A DNA stretch of 20,000 nt from a bacterium (GCA_028719205.1 JAQUKH010000009.1:55082-75081), one strand, 5' to 3'. Shown: positions 6,558 to 16,030, counted from the first letter of the stretch. The notes: generated by a model not told the origin, from the sequence alone. A program made the numbers and translations.

Positions 6558-7493
6558 ATGGCTAAAAAGATAATTTTGTATATAATTCCGTTTTTTTTGC
6601 TGTTTTTGTTTGTTTTATATTCTAATGTCCTGTCGGTTAAAGCTTCAGGAGAAAAAAAACCCGCCGTTATTTACGGTAAGAATAATTATATTTTAAAGAA
6701 TCCTTCAGGTGTGGCAATAAATAAAACCAGCAAAAATATATATGTGACTGATACTGTAAACAGCAGAGTAGTGATTTTTAATCCTTCAGGCCAGTTTCTT
6801 TCTTCTTTTGGAGAAAAAGGAAAGGGTGAAGGACAATTTAATCTGCCTTATGATATCGCGATCGGGCCTGATGGAACTATCTATGTGAATGACCTTTCAT
6901 CATATTTTATTCAGGTATTTGATCCTGATGGAAAGTTTAAATTTCGTTTTGGTAAACCGGGCAAAAAAAAGGATCAGTTCATCCTGCCTTTTGGTTTAGA
7001 TGTAGATGCTAATGGCAATGTTTATGTAGTTGATGTTGAAAATAATACTGTTCAGATCTTTACGGGACAGGGGCAATTTATGAAGAAGTTTGGCCAAAGC
7101 GGGGCAAGAAATGGCGAGTTTTCGCAACCTTCAGATGTCGCGATAGATAAAAATGGGAATATATATGTAGTTGAGATGCGTAACTGCCGCGTGCAGGTAT
7201 TTGATAAAGATGGTAATTATAAATTCAAATTTGCTCAACCGGGGTCAGGGCCAGGTGATCTTTCTTCTCCAAAAGGGATAGCTATATCTTCTGATGGAAT
7301 GATATATGTCAGCGATTCAGGGAATGACAGGATCTCTGTTTTTTTAAAAAATGGATTATTCACTGAGTTTCGCGGAGATAAAGATGAATTAAAGGGAATA
7401 GAAAAAATAAATATTGATGATGATAATTATTTATATATTCCAGATTCGCAAAACAGCAGAATAAGGATTTTTAGTATAGGAAATGGTTTATAA
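6558..7493 (+). CDS. Exported NHL-repeat six-bladed beta-propeller
   Basis: Signal/anchor, then six F..P.GIA.D..G.IYV.D..N.RVQVF units. Confidence 0.9.
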   Translation: MAKKIILYIIPFFLLFLFVLYSNVLSVKASGEKKPAVIYGKNNYILKNPSGVAINKTSKNIYVTDTVNSRVVIFNPSGQFLSSFGEKGKGEGQFNLPYDIAIGPDGTIYVNDLSSYFIQVFDPDGKFKFRFGKPGKKKDQFILPFGLDVDANGNVYVVDVENNTVQIFTGQGQFMKKFGQSGARNGEFSQPSDVAIDKNGNIYVVEMRNCRVQVFDKDGNYKFKFAQPGSGPGDLSSPKGIAISSDGMIYVSDSGNDRISVFLKNGLFTEFRGDKDELKGIEKINIDDDNYLYIPDSQNSRIRIFSIGNGL

Positions 7494-7929
7494 TTTGTAG
7501 TATGAAGTTGCTGTAGATCCCTGCCAGAATATCATCCGCCATTATGCCGGTCCCGCCGGGAAATTTTTGTAAATATGAGATCGGAAAAGGCTTCCAGATG
7601 TCAAAGATCCTGAATAAAGTAAAACCAAAGAAAATAAATTTAATGTTCAAGGGGATGAAAAGCATTGTTATAAGAAATCCGGCTATTTCATCAATAATGA
7701 TCTTGGGGCTGTCATGTTCATCAAATATGGTTTCTGCCAAAGAGGATATTTCTATTCCTAATATGATAAATAGAGTCGTGAAAATAATATAGATTTTGGG
7801 GCCCTTTAGAGAAAGAATAAAATATAAAGGAATACCTATTAATGTTCCAAGTGTTCCGGGCGCGACAGGGGAATATCCAACAAAAAAGCTCGCGAAAAAT
7901 TTCACAAGCTTTTTCTGCAGTTTATCCAT
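7471..7929 (-). CDS. pgpA: Phosphatidylglycerophosphatase A
   Basis: GYSPVAPGTLGT, HDSPKIIIDEIAG, FRIFDIWKPFPI, GGTGIMADDILAG. Confidence 0.95.
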   Translation of the reverse strand: MDKLQKKLVKFFASFFVGYSPVAPGTLGTLIGIPLYFILSLKGPKIYIIFTTLFIILGIEISSLAETIFDEHDSPKIIIDEIAGFLITMLFIPLNIKFIFFGFTLFRIFDIWKPFPISYLQKFPGGTGIMADDILAGIYSNFILQIINHFLY

Positions 7930-8530
7930 TTATCAATTCCTTGTTTTTATTGTAGTATTCAATGCCGGAAAGGACGGTAACTATTACTGTTGAAAACATT
8001 AAATAATATGGGCCTGAAATAAAGATCCACAAGGTTAATTTGTCTAAAAACGTATTATGACTGAAGATCTGTTCTATGGGGACAAAAAAACGGGTGAAAG
8101 TATCCCTGAAAAGAATAAGACAAATGCTTACTATGATAACCTCAAGCTGGTTTATGGTTTTATATTTGCCCGATTCTCTGGCCGGAATAACGTCGCCGTT
8201 AGAACTGGACAGTATACGGATCCCCATGACCATAAATTCCCTGCCCAGTATAATGATAACCATCCAACCGGGGATGATCTTTCTTTCCGTGAAGGAAAGT
8301 AAGGCGCAAAGGAGCAGCAGTTTATCCGCTAAGGGATCAAGCATCTGGCCGAATTTCGAAACAACATTGTAGCGTCTCGCAAGATGGCCGTCATAAAAAT
8401 CAGTGATAGTAGCAATGATAAAACACAGAAACGCCAAATAATTCAAAAATAAATTATTGAATTCAAAAAGAAAATAGAATATTACCGCGAAAAAAATTCG
8501 GGAGATGGTGATTTTATTTACTAGATGCAT
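7922..8530 (-). CDS. pgsA: CDP-diacylglycerol--glycerol-3-phosphate 3-phosphatidyltransferase
   Basis: NKITISR, TDFYDGHLARR...FGQMLDPLADKLL CDP-alcohol phosphotransferase motif. Adjacent to pgpA. Confidence 0.92.
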   Translation of the reverse strand: MHLVNKITISRIFFAVIFYFLFEFNNLFLNYLAFLCFIIATITDFYDGHLARRYNVVSKFGQMLDPLADKLLLLCALLSFTERKIIPGWMVIIILGREFMVMGIRILSSSNGDVIPARESGKYKTINQLEVIIVSICLILFRDTFTRFFVPIEQIFSHNTFLDKLTLWIFISGPYYLMFSTVIVTVLSGIEYYNKNKELING

Positions 8531-9011
8531 TTTTATTCAGTTTGGCGTTAATTTTATTCCTGACTATGTCAGGAACAAGCCCGTTAATGTTTCCGCCGTA
8601 GGAGGCGATCTCTTTTATTACACTTGAAGAGACATATGAATATATCTCATTCGGCATGAGGAAAACCGTTTCAATTTTGTCATCCAGTTTACGGTTCATC
8701 AAAGCCATCTGGAATTCATATTCAAAATCAGTCATAGCCCTAACCCCGCGGATAATGACATGGGCCTTCTGTTTATTAACATAATTTATCAATAACCCGT
8801 CCAGTGAATCCACTTTAACCCGTTTAAGTTTTTTGAGGGAATCTGTTAGCATTTCCAGTCTTTCTTCAAGCGTGAAAAAAGGTTCTTTATGCGGATGTTT
8901 CGCCACAGCTATGATAATATGATCAAAAATTTTCAGTGCCCGTTCTATAATGTCCACATGTCCATTGGTCACTGGATCAAAACTTCCCGGATAAATCGCG
9001 ATTTTAGACAT
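8514..9011 (-). CDS. coaD: Phosphopantetheine adenylyltransferase
   Basis: IYPGSFDPVTNGHVDII, RGVRAMTDFEYEFQMA, VSSSVIKEIA. Confidence 0.97.
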   Translation of the reverse strand: MSKIAIYPGSFDPVTNGHVDIIERALKIFDHIIIAVAKHPHKEPFFTLEERLEMLTDSLKKLKRVKVDSLDGLLINYVNKQKAHVIIRGVRAMTDFEYEFQMALMNRKLDDKIETVFLMPNEIYSYVSSSVIKEIASYGGNINGLVPDIVRNKINAKLNKNASSK

Positions 9012-9013
9012 GA

Positions 9014-9511
9014 TTATTCTTCCTTTTTTTGATAGATCGACAACACGGTATCGCCGTATTTTTTCTTTTTCCAGAGTTTGAAAACATTATTTTCTTCCGG
9101 CAGAACTTCTTTCCAATAATGTTCCAGTATCAGAAAACCTGACTTTTTCAGGATATCATATTTTACAAGCCCTGTCAAAAGTTTCTCATATTGGTTTTCA
9201 TGGTATGGCGGATCGGCAAAAATAAAATCGAATTTACTGCCATTCCGGAAAAGCTTTTCTATAGCTAAAAAGACATCCTGTTTTATGATTTCAATTTTTT
9301 GTTCTTGCAGGGGTGTTACGGTGTTACGTCGGGATGCCCTTACTGCAGGCTGATTGTCGACAAGAATAACATGCCTGGCACCCTTGCTCAATGCCTCAAA
9401 CCCAATAGTACCTTTCCCCGCGAAAAGATCAAGAAAATCAGCATCAACTATTTCACTTTGAAAGATATTAAAAATAGCCTGTTTTACTTTATTTTGTGTC
9501 GGGCGCAGCAA
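9014..9511 (-). CDS. rsmD: 16S rRNA m2G966 methyltransferase (short N-terminus)
   Basis: LRPT..VKQAIFN, LDLFAGKG.IGFEALSKGA, FADPPY, KKYGDT. Upstream of coaD. TTG start with a GGGAG RBS inside gpmI. Confidence 0.9.
   Translation of the reverse strand: MLRPTQNKVKQAIFNIFQSEIVDADFLDLFAGKGTIGFEALSKGARHVILVDNQPAVRASRRNTVTPLQEQKIEIIKQDVFLAIEKLFRNGSKFDFIFADPPYHENQYEKLLTGLVKYDILKKSGFLILEHYWKEVLPEENNVFKLWKKKKYGDTVLSIYQKKEE
9306..9343 (-). repeat. Degenerate GTAG-type REP inside rsmD
   Basis: Coding strand reads GTAAGGGCATCCCGACGTAACACCGTAACACCCCTGCA. Its ends resemble GTAGGGGC...CCCCTACA. Confidence 0.6.
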
Positions 9512-11036
9512 TTAAATTTTCTCCCGTCATTTCTTTTGGTTTTTCCAGGTTCAAAAGCCCCAAAATAGTAGAAGCTATATCGGCCAGGATCCCGTGCTTT
9601 AATTTTAATTTGCCTGCGCCTATAATAATAAGCGGAACAGGATTGGTTGTGTGCGCGGTATAAATTTCTGAAGTTTCATAATCGATCATTTGTTCAGCAT
9701 TGCCGTGATCGCTTGTGAGAAGGGCGGTTCCGCCTTTTTTGAGGATGGAGTCTATTGTTTTCCCGACACATGTATCAACGGCCTCAACTGCTTTTATCGT
9801 TGCGTTTAAATCACCGGTGTGTCCCACCATATCGAAATTCGCGTAATTTAAAACTATAAAATCGTAGATACCGGTTTCAATCCGTTTAATTACTTCATCA
9901 GTAACTTCATACGCGCTCATTTCCGGCTTCAAATCATAAGTTGGTATTTTCGGCGAAGGAATCAGGCATCGATCTTCACCTTTGTAAACCTGCTCTCTTC
10001 CACCGTTGAAGAAAAAAGTTACATGCGCGTATTTTTCAGTTTCCGCTATACGCAGTTGTTTAAAACCCGACTTACTTATAATTTCTCCAAGGCCGTTATG
10101 TATATCTTCATTTGGAAATACAACAGGAAGCTTAAAATCCTTTTCATATTCATAAAAACATACAAAATCCACTTTTGGGAAAACGTTTCTTTCAAATTCA
10201 ATGAAAGTTTTATCCGTCAGACTTTTGGTTATCTGTCTCGCGCGGTCGGGCCGGAAATTATAAAAAATCACAGTATCATTATCAGATATTTTTGCTAAAG
10301 CATTATTTTTGGAGTCGGTTAAGATTAATGGCATAATAAATTCATCGGTTTTGCCTTCTTTATAAGAGGCTTCAACAGCCTCAATCGCATTTTTTATTTT
10401 TTTACCCTGTCCCAAAACCATTGCGTCATATGCCAGTTTAATCCTTTCCCATCGTTTATCCCGATCCATGGCGTAATATCTGCCCATTATCGTTGCTATA
10501 TGCCCGATTTTAAGCTCTTCGAGTTTTTTCTCCAGTTGTTTCAAATAACCTGATCCGGCAGTAGGAGATACATCCCGTCCGTCAAGAAAACAATGGATGA
10601 ATATCTTTTCGATCTTATTTTGTTTTGCCATATCAAGCAATCCGAAAAGATGTTCTATATGGCTGTGGACCCCGCCGTCTGAAAGAAGCCCTATTATATG
10701 GAGATTTGTATTTTTAGCCTTAACTGTATTAAAGGCATTTAACAGCACCTCATTTTTAAAAAGGCTTCCGTCCCTTATTGATTTTGAGATTCGGGACAGG
10801 GATTGCCAGACGATCCGGCCCGCGCCGATATTGAGATGTCCGACTTCGGAATTTCCCATTTGTCCTTCAGGAAGCCCGACTGCTTCGCCTGACGCGGTAA
10901 GGTGCGTGGAAGGATAATTTTTAAAAAATCCTTCGATATTTGGTTTTTTAGCCAGGAAATAAGCATTGCCTTTTTTATTTTTGTTTATTCCCCATCCATC
11001 CAGAATTATAAGCGCGACCGGTTTTTTCAAGATCAC
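9489..11036 (-). CDS. gpmI: 2,3-BPG-independent phosphoglycerate mutase
   Basis: LIILDGWG, GLPEGQMGNSEVGH, GRYYAMDRD.RW, AETEKYAHVTFFFNGG, DMVGHTG. The start may be TTG at 11030. Confidence 0.97.
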   Translation of the reverse strand: MILKKPVALIILDGWGINKNKKGNAYFLAKKPNIEGFFKNYPSTHLTASGEAVGLPEGQMGNSEVGHLNIGAGRIVWQSLSRISKSIRDGSLFKNEVLLNAFNTVKAKNTNLHIIGLLSDGGVHSHIEHLFGLLDMAKQNKIEKIFIHCFLDGRDVSPTAGSGYLKQLEKKLEELKIGHIATIMGRYYAMDRDKRWERIKLAYDAMVLGQGKKIKNAIEAVEASYKEGKTDEFIMPLILTDSKNNALAKISDNDTVIFYNFRPDRARQITKSLTDKTFIEFERNVFPKVDFVCFYEYEKDFKLPVVFPNEDIHNGLGEIISKSGFKQLRIAETEKYAHVTFFFNGGREQVYKGEDRCLIPSPKIPTYDLKPEMSAYEVTDEVIKRIETGIYDFIVLNYANFDMVGHTGDLNATIKAVEAVDTCVGKTIDSILKKGGTALLTSDHGNAEQMIDYETSEIYTAHTTNPVPLIIIGAGKLKLKHGILADIASTILGLLNLEKPKEMTGENLIAAPDTK

Positions 11037-11061
11037 TCCGTATTTGATTATTAAAATAAAT

Positions 11062-11119
11062 ATTATATCATTAATAAAAAATTTCTACTATAGACTTTTT
11101 TGATTTTTGATAGTAGAAT
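11062..11119. promoter_or_regulatory. Divergent promoters for the gpmI and moeA operons
   Basis: Minus strand: TGaTATAAT (11070-11062). Plus strand: TAGACT, 17 nt, TAGAAT (11091-11119). 9-bp inverted repeat TTCTACTAT/ATAGTAGAA. Confidence 0.5.
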
Positions 11120-11155
11120 TTATCCACTATAAAGAAAAATATCAGGAAAATCGGA

Positions 11156-12319
11156 ATGCCAGGCCATATGAAAAAAACAGGTTCCCTTATTACGCTCGAA
11201 AAAGCAAAAAATATTATTTCCGATTATGTTAGTTACAAGACGGAAACAATAAATACCCAAAATGCTCTAGGCCGCTGTCTTGCTCAAGATTTAACCGCGC
11301 CTGAGAATTTCCCCGCGTTCAAGAGATCGCTTTACGATGGTTTTGCCGTAAATTCAAAAAAACACAGGGTAGGGGTTCAAAATTTTGAACCCTTGCGAAT
11401 TGCCACAGGCCAAATTTTACCGGTTGGCGCGGATTCTGTAGTAATGCTTGAGGATGCAAAAATAACAGGGAATAAAATTACTTTTTCTTCAAGAATCCGT
11501 CCGGGACAAAATGTTATTCATGCAGGAGAGGATCTCAGAAAAGGAGAATTTATTTTAAATAAAGGTTTCCTGCTCAGGCCTCAGGATATCGGATTACTTC
11601 AGGGATTAGGTATTAAAAATATCAAAGTTTTTAAAAAACTTTCTGCGGGTATTGTATCTTCCGGAAACGAGCTTGTTTTTTCGGATAAAATCCCGGGATA
11701 TGGACAAGTGCGGGATATGAATTCCGGTATGCTTTTTAATCTGGTCCTGCGCTCAGGAGGAGAGCCTGTCTTATTGGGTATATGTCCTGATAAAAAAGAA
11801 GAAATTAAAAAATTTATCGGCAAATTAAATAAATTTAAATTGGATTTGATTTTGTTTACCGGTGGAACATCCGTGGGAAACAGCGATATTTTGGAAGAAG
11901 CTTTATCATCACTTCACGGGAGCAAGATCCTTTTCCATGGCTTAAAAACAAAACCGGGTAAGCCTGCGCTGGCCGGTTTTTGGAAAGACCGTTTGATCAT
12001 AGGTCTTCCCGGCAGGCCGAGTTCCGCGTTCGTGGTATTTCATCTTTTAGTTAAACCGGTTCTGCGCTATTTTCGCGGTCCTTTCAATATGCTGGAAGTT
12101 GTTTTGAAAGAGAGTATTTCAAGTAATCCGGAAGTTGAAGAATATGTGCCTGTTCTAATTGAACAAAAAAAAGGAACTTTATACGCGTGGCCGATGAGGG
12201 CAAAACCATCTTTATTCTCTCCCTTGATCTTTTCTCAAGGCGCGATAAAAATTCCCATCGGCCGGAAGATCATTAAAAAAGGCCAGGTAGTGAAGGCCCT
12301 TCTCTGGAATGATCTATGA
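11156..12319 (+). CDS. moeA: Molybdopterin molybdotransferase MoeA (shortened domain II)
   Basis: GRCLAQD..AP.N.P.F.RS..DGFAV, RIATG..LP.GADSVV.LED, SSGNEL, TGGTSVG..D, KPGKP, GLPG.P. The start may be ATG at 11168. Confidence 0.9.
   Translation: MPGHMKKTGSLITLEKAKNIISDYVSYKTETINTQNALGRCLAQDLTAPENFPAFKRSLYDGFAVNSKKHRVGVQNFEPLRIATGQILPVGADSVVMLEDAKITGNKITFSSRIRPGQNVIHAGEDLRKGEFILNKGFLLRPQDIGLLQGLGIKNIKVFKKLSAGIVSSGNELVFSDKIPGYGQVRDMNSGMLFNLVLRSGGEPVLLGICPDKKEEIKKFIGKLNKFKLDLILFTGGTSVGNSDILEEALSSLHGSKILFHGLKTKPGKPALAGFWKDRLIIGLPGRPSSAFVVFHLLVKPVLRYFRGPFNMLEVVLKESISSNPEVEEYVPVLIEQKKGTLYAWPMRAKPSLFSPLIFSQGAIKIPIGRKIIKKGQVVKALLWNDL
11369..11396 (+). repeat. GTAG-type REP inside moeA
   Basis: GTAGGGGTTCAAAA|TTTTGAACCCTTGC, a near-perfect palindrome translated as VGVQNFEPL. 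Confidence 0.85.
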
Positions 12320-13737
12320 ACCCTATTTTTATTAAATTTAAATACAAAGACTGTAATCCTGTAAATATATACAGTAAACTCGGGGCCGGAAAAGATACTG
12401 TTGTTTTAGACAGCGGAGATTCATCTGAAAAAATAGCCCGCTGGTCATTTATCGGAATGGATCCGTTCCTTATATTCCGTTCAAAAAATAACAGGAATGA
12501 AATTATTTATTATTCTGACAAAAAGCCCGGAAAGACGATAGTTCCAGGGGATCCTCTTACTGTTTTAAAACAGCTGTTTGATCAATATAAAATAAAACAA
12601 AAAAATAAATTACCCCCGTTTTTTGGAGGATTGGCAGGATTTTTCAGCTACGATTTTGTAAATTTTTTTGAAAAGATCCCGAGGACAACTGTTGATGACG
12701 CCAAAAATTACGATTGTTATTTTCTTTTTGTTAAGACGGTGGTTGCTATTGATAAGCTTAATAAAGAGGTTTGGGCCATTACAAATATTGAAGAAAATGG
12801 CAAAGATGCAAAGGGTGTTCATAAAAGAGGAATGAATATCCTTAAAAAATTAAAAGATAAAATCGTAAAAGAGAAAAAAACAGGATCTTTACCGGTTAAA
12901 AATATCCGCATAAATTCCCTGCGTTCAAATTACACATTTTCTGAATACAAAAAAATTGTTGAAAAAACAAAAAAATATATTAAAAGCGGGGATATCTATC
13001 AGGCAAATCTTTCACAGCGTTTTAAGGCAAAAGCGAAAAATATAGACCCGTTTTGTTTATATCAAAAATTAAGGAAGATCAATCCTTCGCCCTTCGCGTG
13101 TTTTTTGAATTTTTCGGATGTAAAAATAATAAGCTCGTCTCCTGAAAGGCTTATTAAACTTTCGGGAAAAATTATTGAGACAAGGCCTATCGCGGGTACA
13201 AGGCCGCGCGGAAAAGATGACGCTCATGATAAAAAAATGGAGAAAGAATTGATCCTTAATGAAAAAGAGCGGGCTGAACATATTATGCTTGTGGACCTTG
13301 AGAGGAATGACCTGGGCCGGGTTTGTAAATATAATTCCATTAAGGTTGATGAGCTTATGGTCCTCGAAAAGTATTCGCATGTTATTCATATTGTTTCGAA
13401 TGTCAGAGGCGAACTGCAGAAAGGCAAGGACGCCTTCGATTGTATCCGCGCGTGTTTTCCAGGCGGAACGATCACCGGTGTTCCCAAGGTGAGGTGTATG
13501 GGGATCATCGATGAACTGGAAAAACACAGGCGCGGGCCATACACGGGTTCAGCCGGTTATATTTCTTTTAACGGCGATATGGACCTGAATATTCTGATCA
13601 GGACCTTTGTTCTAAAAGATGATAATTTATATTTTCAGGTAGGAGGAGGGATCGTAGCGGATTCTGTGCCTTCAAAGGAATATGAGGAGACACTGCATAA
13701 GGCGGAAGCGCTGATGGAGGCGATAGGGGTGAAATAA
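12316..13737 (+). CDS. pabB: Aminodeoxychorismate synthase component I (TrpE/PabB family)
   Basis: GDIYQANLSQRF, SSSPER, TRPIAGTRPRG, AEHIMLVDLERNDLGRV, FPGGTITGVPK. A class IV aminotransferase downstream favours PabB over TrpE. Confidence 0.82.
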   Translation: MNPIFIKFKYKDCNPVNIYSKLGAGKDTVVLDSGDSSEKIARWSFIGMDPFLIFRSKNNRNEIIYYSDKKPGKTIVPGDPLTVLKQLFDQYKIKQKNKLPPFFGGLAGFFSYDFVNFFEKIPRTTVDDAKNYDCYFLFVKTVVAIDKLNKEVWAITNIEENGKDAKGVHKRGMNILKKLKDKIVKEKKTGSLPVKNIRINSLRSNYTFSEYKKIVEKTKKYIKSGDIYQANLSQRFKAKAKNIDPFCLYQKLRKINPSPFACFLNFSDVKIISSSPERLIKLSGKIIETRPIAGTRPRGKDDAHDKKMEKELILNEKERAEHIMLVDLERNDLGRVCKYNSIKVDELMVLEKYSHVIHIVSNVRGELQKGKDAFDCIRACFPGGTITGVPKVRCMGIIDELEKHRRGPYTGSAGYISFNGDMDLNILIRTFVLKDDNLYFQVGGGIVADSVPSKEYEETLHKAEALMEAIGVK

Positions 13738-13856
13738 ACTCCCCCTGGCCCCCTCTTTAAAAAAAGAGGGGGTAAAATAGGAAGAGAAAAATAAGATATA
13801 ATTTTACTATATTTATTTCCCCTCTTTTTTTAAAGAGGGGATTAAGGGGAGTTCGG
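13737..13856. repeat. REP doublet (REPIN-like), CCCCTCTTT..AAAGAGGGG family, copy 1
   Basis: AACTCCCCCTGGCCCCCTCTTTAAAAAAAGAGGGGG, spacer, inverted CCCCTCTTTTTTTAAAGAGGGGATTAAGGGGAGTTCGG. Terminal IR is AACTCCCC/GGGGAGTT. Confidence 0.85.
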
Positions 13857-13876
13857 ATTATACAAGGAGATAAAAT

Positions 13877-15871
13877 ATGAAAATTCCAAAGAGAGTCTTG
13901 CTGTTTTTATGTATCGCGGTTTTATTAAACCCATGCTCACGTTTAAATTCAGCCTCTGTTGATGATGTTTCTCAATTAATATCTGCGGCGGAAGATGGTG
14001 ATATAAATAAAGTAAAATTGTTACTGGAGAAAGGCGTAGATGTAAATGCTAAAGGATATTGTAATGTTACTGCTCTGCATAATGCGGCGTCTAAGGGATA
14101 TACAGAGATAGTAAAGCTACTGTTGGATAAGGGTGCGGATGTAAATGCGAAAGGAGATAATGGTAGCACTGCTTTAGTGCATGCGGCAAAAAATGGGTAT
14201 ACGGAAATAGTAAAGATATTGCTGAATAAAGGCGCAGATGTAAATGTAAAACCAAGCAATGAAAGCACTCCTTTAATAGCAATGGCAGAGAAAGGTAATA
14301 CAGAAATAGTAAAATTGTTGTTGGACAAGGGTGCGGATGTAAACGCGAAAACAGATGATGGGCCAACGGCTCTAATAGTAGCGGCACTGAAAGGTCATAC
14401 AGATATAGTAAAACTGTTGCTGGATAAAGGTGCGGATGTAAATGCTAAAACAAGTAGTGGTGTTACTGCTCTGATGAATGCATCGCAGGGGCATATGGAA
14501 ATAGTAAAGTTACTTTTGGATAACGGTGCTGATATAAACGCAATAAATTTGGGTGGTGGTACTGCTTTGATAATAGCGGCAAATAAGGGTTATACTGAAA
14601 TAGTAAGTATGTTGTTAAGTAAAGGTGCGGATGTTAATGCAAAAGGAAATGATAGCATTACTGCTCTGATGCATGCTGTAATGGATAGGCATCCGGAGGT
14701 AATAAAGTTACTGTTGGATAAAGGCGCAAATATAAATATAAAAGCAAGTAACGGCTATACTGCTCTGATAATAGCGGCAAGTAAAGGTGATCCAGATATA
14801 GTAAAGCTATTGTTGAGTAAAGGTGCGGATGTAAATGTAAAAACAAAAGATGGTGCCACTGCTTTAATGTTGGCAACAGGTAATAAGGAGATAGCAAAAC
14901 TGCTTAAAGAAGCAGGTGCTGAAGAAACCACCGCTCCCAATAATTCGGATTCAACGTCCACGGCGATTAATCGAACTATTATTATCAACAGCATGGATTT
15001 AATATCTGCGGCAGAAAAAGGTGATATTAATACAGTAAGGCAGTTGTTGGATAAAGGTGTGGATGTAAATGTGAAAACAATAAGACAATACAGTAATTCA
15101 GAGGGTATTACCGCTTTGATGTACGCGGCAGAAAATGGGTATACAGATGTAGTCAGGTTATTATTAGACAGGGGTGCGGATGCAAATATAAAAAGAGGGG
15201 ATGGTTACACTGCCCTAATGGCGGCAACAGATAAGGGCCATATAGAGGCAGTAAAACTATTGTTGGATAAAGGGGCAAATGTGGATGATAGAAATACCGC
15301 TGGTATTACTGCTTTGATGAGAACAAAGAATATAGAAATAATAAATCTTCTGTTAAATAAAGGCGCGGATGTAAATGCTAAAGGATATAGTGGTATGACT
15401 TTTCTAATGTATGCCGCAATGGGTGGAAATCTGGAGGTTGCAAAATTACTGTTGGATAAAGGCGCGGATCTGAATGCAAAAGCAAGCGATGACCGTACTG
15501 CCCTGATGTATGCGGAAGAGAATAACCATACCGAGGTTGTGAAACTGTTATTGGATAAGGGTGCGGATGTAAACGCTAAAGAGAAGTATGGTAATACTGC
15601 ATTAATAAATGCGTCTCAGAAAGGATACACAGAGATGATAAAACTGTTATTGGATAAAGGTGCGGATATAAACGCGAAAAGTAATAATGGTTATACTTCT
15701 TTGATAATAGCAGCAGAAAGTAATCATATGGAGATTGTAAAGCTATTATTGAGTAAAGGTGCTGATGTGAATGCAAAAACAAAAGATGGTGTCACAGCTT
15801 TATTACTTGCAACAATGCATCAGGATATGGAGACAGTAAAATTGCTCAAAGAAGCAATGGATATAAAGTAA
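13877..15871 (+). CDS. Exported ankyrin-repeat protein (~19 repeats in two blocks)
   Basis: AAGGAG RBS and signal-like N-terminus. Repeated G.TAL..AA..G..EIVKLLLDKGADVNAK. Confidence 0.95.
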   Translation: MKIPKRVLLFLCIAVLLNPCSRLNSASVDDVSQLISAAEDGDINKVKLLLEKGVDVNAKGYCNVTALHNAASKGYTEIVKLLLDKGADVNAKGDNGSTALVHAAKNGYTEIVKILLNKGADVNVKPSNESTPLIAMAEKGNTEIVKLLLDKGADVNAKTDDGPTALIVAALKGHTDIVKLLLDKGADVNAKTSSGVTALMNASQGHMEIVKLLLDNGADINAINLGGGTALIIAANKGYTEIVSMLLSKGADVNAKGNDSITALMHAVMDRHPEVIKLLLDKGANINIKASNGYTALIIAASKGDPDIVKLLLSKGADVNVKTKDGATALMLATGNKEIAKLLKEAGAEETTAPNNSDSTSTAINRTIIINSMDLISAAEKGDINTVRQLLDKGVDVNVKTIRQYSNSEGITALMYAAENGYTDVVRLLLDRGADANIKRGDGYTALMAATDKGHIEAVKLLLDKGANVDDRNTAGITALMRTKNIEIINLLLNKGADVNAKGYSGMTFLMYAAMGGNLEVAKLLLDKGADLNAKASDDRTALMYAEENNHTEVVKLLLDKGADVNAKEKYGNTALINASQKGYTEMIKLLLDKGADINAKSNNGYTSLIIAAESNHMEIVKLLLSKGADVNAKTKDGVTALLLATMHQDMETVKLLKEAMDIK

Positions 15872-15897
15872 AATTTAAAAATTGGGGAATAAACAAG

Positions 15898-16030
15898 AAC
15901 TTTACCTGGCCCCCCTCTTTTAAAAAAGAGGAGGGGTAATATGGGAGTGCAAGGTTAGCCGCGAATTGTTTCCAATTTCTTTTTTTTCTTTTCCCCCTCT
16001 TTTTTTAAAGAGGGGATAGGGGGAGTTCGG
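15898..16030. repeat. REP doublet (REPIN-like), copy 2
   Basis: AACTTTACCTGGCCCCCCTCTTTTAAAAAAGAGG, different spacer, CCCCCTCTTTTTTTAAAGAGGGGATAGGGGGAGTTCGG. Confidence 0.85.

Noticed and set aside
9489-9560. Frameshift or pseudogenisation of rsmD at the gpmI overlap
   Set aside because: An in-frame stop lies immediately upstream of the TTG, a usable RBS is present and catalytic motifs are intact. No displaced MRIIxG segment is visible.
11080-11095. AATTTCTACTATAGAC resembles the start of a Cas12a repeat
   Set aside because: Single copy lacking the full TCTAC/GTAGA stem. Better explained as promoter sequence and an inverted repeat.
13972-15782. Repetitive antisense ORFs (e.g. 13972-14328, 14755-14994)
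   Set aside because: Shadows of the ankyrin gene's periodic codons.
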